A stretch of 64,000 bases of DNA from Phallusia mammillata (lineage: Eukaryota), in contig OZ281496.1 in the NCBI GenBank assembly GCA_965637545.1, forward strand, positions 28,210,001 to 28,274,000, in the 5' to 3' direction. This document shows, piece by piece, positions 10,564 to 20,343 of this stretch. Both the position numbers and the translations under genes were made by a program. The notes beneath the pieces are model-generated. The model was given only the letters and a program-made list of their open reading frames with translations. It did no database searches and was not told where the DNA came from. Positions within the stretch are counted from its first letter, which is position 1. Each line of letters begins with the position of its first letter.

Positions 10564-11160
10564 ATTTTAAAACACGATAAAGTAGCTAATTGTTTTCATA
10601 CATTTCTGCCGCTGTTGTTTTATTTCATGCAGATAGGCAGATGCGATGGCATTGTATTCAGGATCGGAAAGGAGCTAAAAAAGGATAATGACTTTCGACA
10701 TTGAGGTAACTAACCTAGCCGTACTGTTTTTTTTTGTGTGTGTTTTTTTCTTTGTCTTTTGTTATAAAACTTAATGCGGTCTTTACTCAATCCCAACGCT
10801 TGTATATCAAAGTAAAACACTTCTACTTAAAGTCACGTACTGTAATTAAACCAATAAGCCCTGCTGTGACTGCTTGATTTTTTACCTTTACATGACAACG
10901 AACACATAATCTTTTCGTTTTTCTGCAGGTGAAGAAACCTATTTGGTCTGTGAATTTCTACGAAGATGTTTTAACTTCAAGACATCAGGTACTACTTTTG
11001 TTATTTTTTTGTGGTGCGGAAGTAAACTAAGGTATACACAGTAGTAAACTTCGTTACTTGTGTCATTTTTTATTTCGGCTTATACTAGATCGCTAACACT
11101 CCTACCATGTTGATGCGAATAGCTATCCCGGTGCTTGAGCATGTTGCACTTTGTTTTTTT

Positions 11161-11201
11161 GGGGTTTTGGGTTTTGGGGTTTTTGGGTTTTTTGGGTTTT
11201 G
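11161..11201 (+). repeat. (G3-4 T4-6)n microsatellite with G-quadruplex potential
   Basis: GGGGTTTTGGGTTTTGGGGTTTTTGGGTTTTTTGGGTTTTG: five G-tracts. Confidence 0.8.
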
Positions 11202-11869
11202 TCAACAAGGGCAGAAGTGTTATGCTCGGTTAATTTTCTAAAAAGAATAGCCTGGTTGTTAACAACATAAATTAATAACGTCATTAGGTCTCGTTACGTA
11301 AACATAGCTTGTTAATAACCTTGTTGATGTCTTTTTACAGGTTATAGACAAGTACATAATTAACTGTTTGTCATTTAATTCAGTTGTTGTTTAATGCTAG
11401 CATGTGAAAGTTGTTTAATGTGCCATTATCCTGCCTTTACATGTTGTGATATTTTAATGTGATAGAAAGTATGTTATATGCAATTTTTTGTTACTGCTTT
11501 TTCTTAATTTACAGAGAAAACTCCCAAGCAATTAAGACACATTTCTTACCATGAAGACAAGTCAAGGAAAACAACAAAACTCCCCCATGAAAGATAAGTT
11601 ATTGTTTACGGTATCACTAACTTGTGTATTTTTTGCATGAAAATTTGATTGTAGCATGTTCTGCTTTGCATTGGCGCATGTTTAGTTGTCTTTTCTGGTG
11701 CTTGTTGCGCATTTCTGCATCCTTAACATTGAAGAACGGTATTTTTGTTGTTGCAGATGTTAGTTGCTATGTATGATCGGAAACGGCTGAAACGGATAGT
11801 TGAAAACTTGAGAGAGTTGGAACACAGAGAGCTGGACGAATCACCACAAAAGATTGAACTAATTCTCAA

Positions 11870-14170
11870 ATGTGCGTTTTTTATGTTCTGTGTTGTGCGT
11901 TTTTTAGTGTTGTGTGTTGTGCGTTTTTTAGTGTTGTGTGTTGTGCGTTTCTATGTTGTGGTTTGTGTGTTTTGTTGTGTTTCTATGTTGTGGGTTGTGT
12001 TTTGTTTTTGTGGTTCTATGTTGGGCGTTGGGCGTTTTTTTTTGTTTCTATGTTGTGGTTTGTGCGTTTTTTGTGTTTCTATGTTGTGCGTTGTGGGTTT
12101 TTTGTGCTTGTGTTTTTTGCGTTTCTATGTTGTGCATTTTTGTGTGTGTTTCTATGTTTGCCTTTGTAAGTTTTTTTTGTTTAGTGTTTTTTGCGTTTTT
12201 ATGTGGGTTGTGCGTTTTTAGTGTTTCTATGTTGTGTGTTATGCGTTTTTAGTGTTTCTATGTTGTGTGTTATGCGTTTTTAGTGTTTCTATGTTGTGTG
12301 TTATGCGTTTTTAGTGTTTCTATGTTGTGCGTTTTTTTTGCGTTTCTATGTGGGTTGTGCATTTTTAGTGTATCTATGTTGTGCGTTTTTGCGTTTCTAT
12401 GTTGTGGGTTGTGCGTTTTTTGCGTTTCCATGTTGCGCGTTTTTGTGTGTGTTTCTATGTTGTGCGATGTGCGTTTTTTTGCTTTTGCGTTTTTTGCGTT
12501 TCCATGTTGTTCTGGGTTGTGCATTTTTTGCGTTTCTATGTTGTTTTGGTTGTGCGTTTCTGTGTTGTTCCTTGTGCGTTTTTTTTGCTTTTGTTTTTTG
12601 CGTTTCTATGTTGTTGTGGGTTGTGCGTTTTTTGCGTTTTTATGTTGTGCGTTTTTGTGTGTGTTCTATGTTGTGCGATGTGCGTTTTTTTGCTTTTTTT
12701 GCGTTTCTATGTTGTTGTGGGTTGTGCATTTTTTGCGTTTCTTATGTTGTTTTGGTTGTGCGTTTTGTTGCGATTCTATGTTGTGGTTTGTGCGTTTTTT
12801 TGCGTTTCTATGTTGTGCGTTTTTGTGTGTGTCTATGTTGTGCAATGTGCGTATTTTTGCTTTTGCGTTTTTTGCGTTTCTATGTTGTGTTTTTTTGCGT
12901 TTCTATGTTGTTCGTTGTGCGTTTTTTTGCTTGTGTTTTTTTGCGTTTCTATGTTGTTGTGGGTTGTGCATTTTTTGCGTTTCTATGTTGTGTGGGTTGT
13001 GCGTTTTTTGCGTTTCTATGTTGTTCGTTGTGCGTTTTTTTGCGATTCTATGTTGTTGTGGGTTGTGCATTTTTTGCGTTTCTATGTTGTGTGGGTTGTG
13101 CGTGTTTTGCGTTTCTATGTTGTGTGTTTTTATGTGTGTTCGATGTTGTGCGATGTGCGTTTTTTTGCTTTTGCGTTTTTTGCGTTTCCATGTTGTTCTG
13201 GGTTGTGCATTTTTTGCGTTTCTATGTTGTTTTGGTTGTGCGTTTCTGTGTTGTTCCTTGTGCGTTTTTTTTTGCTTTTGTTTTTTGCGTTTCTATGTTG
13301 TTGTGGGTTGTGCGTTTTTTGCGTTTCTATGTTGTGCGTTTTTGTGTGTGTTCTATGTTGTGCGATGTGCGTTTTTTTGCTTTTTTTGCGTTTCTATGTT
13401 GTTGTGGGTTGTGCATTTTTTGCGTTTCTTATGTTGTTTTGGTTGTGCGTTTTGTTGCGATTCTATGTTGTGGTTTGTGCGTTTTTTTGCGTTTCTATGT
13501 TGTGCGTTTTTTTGTGTGTCTATGTTGTGCAATGTGCGTATTTTTGCTTTTGCGTTTCTATGTTGTGTTTTTTTGCGTTTCTATGTTGTTCGTTGTGCGT
13601 TTTTTTGCTTGTGTTTTTTGCGTTTCTATGTTGTTGTGGGTTGTGCGTTTTTTGCGTTTCTATGTTGTTCGTTGTGCGTTTTTTTGCTTGTGTTTTTTGC
13701 GTTTCTATGTTGTTGTGGGTTGTGCATTTTTTGCGTTTCTATGTTGTGTGGGTTGTGCGTGTTTTGCGTTTCTATGATGTGTGGTTTTATGTGTGTTCTA
13801 TGTTGTGCGATGTGCGTTTTTTTGCTTTTGCGTTTTTTTGCGTTTCTATGTTGTGTGGGTTGTGGGTTTTTTGCGTTTCTATGTTGTTCGTTGTGCGTTT
13901 TTTTGCTTCTGTTTTTTTGCGTTTCTATGTTGTTTTGCTTTTGCGTTTTTTGGGTTCTGTGTTGTGTGGGTTGTGCGTTTTGTTGCGTTCTATGTTGTGG
14001 TTTGTGCGTTTTTTGCGTTTCCATGTTGTGTGGGTTGTGTGTTTTTTGCTTTTCTATGTTGTGTGTGTTGTGCGTTTTTTGCGTTTCTATGTTGTGGTTT
14101 GGCGTTTTTGTGTGTGTTTGTTTTTTTTGCTTTTGCGTTTTTTGCGTTTCTATGTTGTGTGGGTTGTGTC
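11870..14170 (+). repeat. TG-rich minisatellite arm (core GCGTTTCTATGTTGTG) with higher-order repeats
   Basis: Degenerate short units. A ~690-bp block is repeated (for example at 12497 and 13184). Confidence 0.97.
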
Positions 14171-14237
14171 TTTTTCTGTGGTGAAATAAAATCGTTTTGA
14201 TTTTTGTCAGTTTTGTGGGGGGCGTCACAGGAAAAAA

Positions 14238-15525
14238 CCGAATTTTCGCTCTCTTTACAGCCGAATTTTCTCTCTCTCTACAGCCGAATTTTCGCTCTCT
14301 TTACAGCCGAATTTTCGCTCTCTCTCTAGAGCCGAATTTCTCTCTAGAGCCAAATCCGAATTTTCTCCTCTCTCTCTCTACAGCCGAATTTTCGCTTCTC
14401 TTTACAGCCGAATTATCTATTTCTCTACAGCCGAATTTTCTCTCTCTCTACAGCCGAATTTCTTTCTCTCTACAGCCGAATTTTCGCTCTCTCTACAACC
14501 GAATTTTCGCTCTTTTTACAGCCGAATTTTCGCTCTCTCTCTACCGCCGAATTTCTCTCTAGAGCCGACTCCGAATTTTCTACTCTCTCTACAGCCGAAT
14601 TTTCGCTTCTTTTTACAGCCGAATTTTCGCTTCTCTTTAGAGCCGAATTTTCTCTACAGCCGATTTTCGCACTCTCTCTACAGCCGAATTTCCTCTTTCT
14701 CTACAGCCGAATTTTCGCTCTCTCTCTACAGCCGAGAATTTTCGCTTCTCTTTACAGCCGAATTTTCGCTTCTTTTTACAGCCGAATTTTCGCTTCTCTT
14801 TAGAGCCGAATTTTCTCTACAGCCGATCTCTCTCTACAGCCGAATTTTCGCTTCTTTTTGCAGCCGAATTTTCACTTCTCTTTAGAGCCGAATTTTCTCT
14901 ACAGCCGATTTTCGCACTCTCTCTACAGCCGAATTTTCGCACTCTCTCTACAGCCGAATTTTCGCTTCTTTTTACAGCCGAATTTTCGCTTCTCTTTAGA
15001 GCCGAATTTTCTCTACAGCCGAATTTCTTTCTCTCTACAGCCGAATATTTTCGCACTCTCTCTACAGCCGAGAATTTTCGCTTCTCTTTACAGCCGAATT
15101 TTCGCTTCTCTTTAGAGCCGAATTTTCTCTACAGCCGAATTTCTTTCTCTCTACAGCCGAATTTTCTCTCTCTCTACAGCCGAATTTTCGCTCTCTCTCT
15201 GCAGCCGAGAATTTTCGCTTCTCTTTACAGCCGAATTTTCGCTTCTTTTTACAGCCGAATTTTCGCTTCTCTTTAGAGCTGAATTTTCTCTACAGCCGAA
15301 TTTTCGCTTCTTTTTGCAGCCGAATTTTCGCTTCTCCAGCCGAGAATTTTCGCTTCTCTTTACAGCCGAATTTTCGCTCTCTCTCTACAACCGAATTTTC
15401 GCTCTTTTTACAGCCAAATTTTCGCTCTCTCTCTACAGCCGAATTTCTCTCTAGAGCCGAATCCGAATTTTCTCTCTCTCTACAGCCGAATTTTCTCTCT
15501 TTACAGCCGAATTTTCTCAGCCGAA
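14238..15525 (+). repeat. Central ~23-25-bp minisatellite (TACAGCCGAATTTTCGC + CT-rich run)
   Basis: Dozens of tandem copies, with TCTAGAGCCG and CCGAGAATTT variants. Confidence 0.97.
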
Positions 15526-15534
15526 CAAATAGAA

Positions 15535-17625
15535 AACCCAACAACTTTCAACACAAACAACATGGAAAACTGCAAAAAACACAACATAGAAAACGCACAA
15601 CTCTCAACACAGACAACATAGAAAAACGCAACAACTCACAACACAGACAACATAGAAAAACGTACAACTCACAACACAGAAAAATGCACAACTCTCAACA
15701 CAGACAACATAGAAAAATGCTAGATAAACGAACAACACAGGCAACATAGAAAAACGCCCAACTCTCAACACAGACAACATAGAAAAATGCAATACACATA
15801 CCATAGAAAACGCACAACTCTCAACACAAATAACATATAAAAACGCAACAACCCACAACACAGACAACATAGAAAAACACAACATAGAAAAAAACTTCCA
15901 TACACAGGCAACATAGAAAAACGCAAAAAAACACAACATAGAAACGCAAAAACGCACAACATAGATACACTAATAAAAAACGCACAACTCTAGAAAACTG
16001 CAAAAAAACATAGCATAGAAAACCCAACAACTTTCAACACAGACAACATGGAAAACTGCAAAAAACACAACATAGAAAACGCACAACTCTCAACACAGAC
16101 AAACATCACAACTCTAACAACTCACAACACAGACAACATAGAAAAACGTACAACTCACAACACAGAAAAATGCACAACTCTCAACACAGACAAACTCACA
16201 ACTCTCAACACAGACCACATAGAAAAATGCATAACTCACAAAAGCGGAGAACATAGAAAAATACAACATAGATAAACGAACAACACAGGCAACATAGAAA
16301 AACGCCCAACTCTCAACACAGACAACATAGAAAAATGCAATACACATACCATAGAAAACGCACAACTCTCAACACAAATAACATATAAAAACGCAACAAC
16401 CCACAACACAGACAACATAGAAAAACACAACATAGAAAAAAACTTCCATATACAGGCAACATAGAAAAACGCAAAAAACACAACATAGAAACGCAAAAAC
16501 GCACAACATAGATACACTAATAAAAAACGCACAACTCTAGAAAACTGCAAAAAACACAGCATAGAAAACCCAACAACTTTCAACACAGACAACATGGAAA
16601 ACTGCAAAAAACACAACATAGAAAACGCACAACTCTCAACACAGACAAACATCACAACTCTCAACACAGACAACATAGAAAAATGCAATACACATACCAT
16701 AGAAAACGCACAACTCTCAACACAAATAACATATAAAAACACAACCACCCACAACACAGACAACATAGAAAAACACAACATAAAAAAAAAACTTCCATAC
16801 ACAGGCAACATAGAAAAACGCAAAAAACACAACATAGAAACGCAAAAACGCACAACATAGATACACTAATAAAAAACGCACAACTCTAGAAAACTGCAAA
16901 AAACACAGCATAGAAAACCCAACAACTTTCAACACAGACAACATGGAAAACTGCAAAAAACACAACATAGAAAACGCACAACTCTCAACACAGACAAACA
17001 TCACAACTCTAACAACTCACAACACAGACAACATAGAAAAACGCAACAACTCACAACATAGAAAAACGCAACAACTCACAACACAGAAAAATGCACAACT
17101 CTCAACACAGAAAAATGCACAACTCTCAACACAGACCACATAGAAAAATGCATAACTCACAAAAGCGGAGAACATAGAAAAATACAACATAGATAAACGA
17201 ACAACACAGGCAACATAGAAAAACGCCCAACTCTCAACACAGACAACATAGAAAAATGCAATACACATACCATAGAAAACGCACAACTCTCAACACAAAT
17301 AACATATAAAAACGCAACCACCCACAACACAGACAACATAGAAAAACACAACATAAAAAAAAATTCCATATACAGGCAACATAGAAAAACGCAAAAAACA
17401 CAACATAGAAACGCAAAAACGCACAACATAGATACACTAATAAAAAACGCACAACTCTAGAAAACTGCAAAAAACACAGCATAGAAAACCCAACAACTTT
17501 CAACACAAACAACATGGAAAACTGCAAAAAACACAACATAGAAAACGCACAACTCTCAACACAGACAAACATCACAACTCACAACACAGACAACATAGAA
17601 AAACGCAACAACTCACAACACAGAC
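15535..17625 (+). repeat. CA-rich minisatellite arm (core CACAACATAGAAAAACGC), inverted counterpart of the 11870-14170 arm
   Basis: Its reverse complement shares the GCGTTT(TT)CTATGTTGT core. The higher-order anchor AACATGGAAAACTGC occurs at ~15560, 16045, 16591, 16940 and 17511. Confidence 0.97.
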
Positions 17626-18104
17626 AAAAAGTGGAGAAGGCTACGGAGGCAGAGAATGTACGAAATAACGAATCTCAAAGCGTACTTAAAAAAAGAATTT
17701 AATGCATACAATATTTTGACAAAAAGTCAGACAAGAAGTTCCTGGTGGCAGTGTTCAGCAAATTTGCGAAGGTCTACGAGGGTAAAAACGGTTTGCGACG
17801 AAATCTAAAACAAAATAATGTTCAACCATAAAAGCTATGTACATCAAAATGGAGAATATCTAATAGCATCTAATGTTAATGGTTTACGTTTATTGTGAAA
17901 TGAAATGAAATGTTACATGTAGGAGATGTGTTTTATTAGCATGTTTGCAAGTTACCTTAAACGTGAAAAGGCTTTGTTCCTCACAATTCCAGTTTCTTCT
18001 CCTCACGGAAGACGACCATCGCTTTTTCTCGTAAACTGTAAAACAAAAACAGGGAGGCAGAAACTTATAGACAATTAAAGCTAGATTATCGTGTGCAAAA
18101 ATAT

Positions 18105-18156
18105 GTCAACATGCGAAGACAGAATAAGTGCACGTCAAACTGCATTCCCATCTTAG
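18105..18156 (-). ncRNA. Hairpin D/B homolog in array 2
   Basis: Minus strand ACGTGCACTTATTCTGTCTTCGCATGTTGACAT, followed by the same intron 3' end as array 1 intron 3. Confidence 0.5.
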
Positions 18157-19827
18157 ACCAAACACTAAATGTAATAAAACAATTAGGATTATATCACAAG
18201 AACTAATGACGGCATTTGCGCCAGACAAAAATTTACGAATTATGACATTTTAAAAATACTTTGTTTCGCAAATTAGCCAAGCAAACACTTTTACTAATGC
18301 TGACCCACTAATAGTTACCCAAAACACATAACACGTAAAAAAGTAAAATGCAACATGCTCAAGCACAGGGTTAATCAGCATGGTAGAAGCGTTTGTTCGC
18401 TGTTTTTTAAACAGCATTTCAAATTTAGTATTAGGCGGATTTAATTTATCTTTACTCTGTGAATCTTAGGCCCTACTTACATTGCTGACTTTCGTATCAG
18501 AGCCGTATCAGGTGGTGTTGTGACTCTAATCTGAAACAACCAACAAAAGTTCAATAGTTATCCCTCAGAGTTAGGCAAAATTAATCTATTTTAACCTTAT
18601 ATGGCACTTAATACACAAGCGGTTGGTTTATATGTTGTTATATTAGCGGCGCGGAATACATTAAACACTTATTAAACACTCACTAAGTACACAAGCGGTA
18701 CGTTATATATGTTTTATAAATAAGTAATGTATATTTTAAGTATTGTACACGTATGCGTTTTATTATATTGTAGTGTTGTGCCTACTGTGTTTGTTTAGTT
18801 AGGTTTTCTCGTTTTATATGCTACATCTGTGTAACGTTTGCATTAATAAATATTACTTACGCTCTTACGTACTATTATATTATTGTTAGTTTATGCAACT
18901 GGAACGCGCTATTTAACTTACATTGCTGCCTTGAAAGTGCTTTCATCCATCTGGGGACGTAGGTTTATATCCGAAATCTGAAAAAACAACAGTTGTTCAG
19001 CGTGTACAAATCAGGCAGCTTATTCAGGACATTATTTGTTTTTAAAAATGTATTGAAACATATTCAATATAATTATTAACCCTCCCATAGACATAGTCCC
19101 TACATACATCACGCATTTTTTTACGGTCAAGTAAAATATAACTCAGAAACTACATGGCAATACAAATAAGGTCACAACAGCATTACTTACATTCAGTATC
19201 CAGTCCTTCAGTACATCGATTCCATATGAAAACTCCTGGGATGTTTACATCAGGAAAGGATTGTTGATCCTACACTAAAAACAACAGGTTCTCAGTTCCG
19301 CGAATAAATGTGTACAATTCAGAGTAGGTTTGTATCAGCTACAAACTAATGGTTGTAAATTATGCATAAATAAATTGTACATACACCCATTATATAAGCA
19401 ACCAAGCCAATAACATACTTACAACTTTGGCGTTATCGCTTCATGGTCTCGGTAACACTTCCCTTCGGCATCCGATATTTTCCTGCAATACCAAAGCAGA
19501 AGCAGTACCACGAATTCACAGACAATTTAAACTGCATTAAAATATGTTTTTGGCAAGTCAACATGTGGAGACGGCATAGTGCACTTTACACAGTCCCCAC
19601 ATGCTGGTCCTATTATATATTATAAACTACACACTATATATGTTCAACCCTTTTAAAATCTACTTGCCTATTATTTTAAGTTCCATGTTGCAAAACCTCG
19701 CATGCCACTTCAGTCGCATAAAAGGACTTTCTTTCCATTGCTTTATTGGATAACCTGAAACAAAATAAACTAGCAGTATAAACAAGTATTTGAAAAGTAA
19801 CCTAGTTATATTAACTCGCAAACAAAA

Positions 19828-19893
19828 TTTCGGTATCTTGCAAAAAGTAAACCAGTGTTCACCCAAGTTTACTTCTACACAGAAACCGAACAA
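19828..19893 (-). ncRNA. Intact hairpin A homolog in array 2 (another at 21801-21864)
   Basis: Minus strand TTGTTCGGTTTCT-GTGTAGAAGTAAAC-loop-GTTTACTTTTTGCA-AGATACCGAAA. Confidence 0.55.
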
Positions 19894-20261
19894 ATAGCAC
19901 CTAATGTTAATGTAATACGTATATTGTGAAATAAAATGTTAAGTGTAGGAGATGTAGTTTGCTACCATGATTACAAGTTACCTTAAACGTAAGAAGGCCT
20001 TGTTCCCCTCAATTCCAGTTTCTTCTCGTCACAGAAACGACCATCGCTTTTCTACCGAAACTGCAAAAAAAAACAGGGACGCAGAAACGTATAGACAATA
20101 AAGTTACGTTATCATGTGCTAAAATATGTCAACATGCGAAGACAGGTATAAGAACTATTGTGTGGTTACGTCACAAACAACGATGACGTCATAAAACTTT
20201 TAACGCTGAACGTCCTTATATTAATCAAAAATTAGCAGCGCACTTCTACCGATGCCGACAA

Positions 20262-20343
20262 ACAAATAGCCTAGTCCTCTTAAAACACACGCCATGCAGA
20301 ATTGTAAGTGCAACATGCTCAAGCACGGGCTATAGCTATTCGT
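20262..20343 (-). ncRNA. Hairpin C homolog in array 2 (another ~18320-18390)
   Basis: Minus strand ACGAATAGC...GTGCTTGAGCATGTTGCAC...GCTATTTGT. The 5' arm matches the 11115 copy. Confidence 0.5.

Larger units (their letters stand above)
310..11020 (+). repeat. Tandem array of 7 units of ~1.43-1.74 kb
   Basis: The anchor ATTGGACG recurs at 313, 1876, 3424, 4971, 6711, 8142 and 9682. Units 3 and 4 are nearly identical (period 1547). Units 5 and 7 are more diverged. Confidence 0.97.
310..11870 (+). ncRNA. Array 1: tandemly amplified spliced non-coding host gene carrying intronic stem-loops (candidate miRNA-like cluster)
   Basis: Unit 1 model from splice signals: exon1 ~422-494 (CAG|GTAACT), exon2 680-751 (TTTCAG acceptor, CAG|GCGAGT donor), exon3 932-1009 (AAG|GTATGT), exon4 1394-1466 (GAG|GTAACT), exon5 ~1666-1813 (CAG|GTACTC). 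Introns hold hairpins A, B, C+D and E. No long spliced ORF. The pattern repeats in 7 units. Confidence 0.75.

Noticed and set aside
11745-14228. Long overlapping ORFs up to 639 aa (Cys/Phe/Val/Leu-rich)
   Set aside because: Artefact of an A-poor TG satellite that rarely forms stop codons; all three frames are open and there is no domain content.
14197-17702. Repetitive ORFs (AEFSL..., MENCKKHNIEN..., MRFCVSML...)
   Set aside because: Translations of satellite units, with frequent frame breaks between copies.
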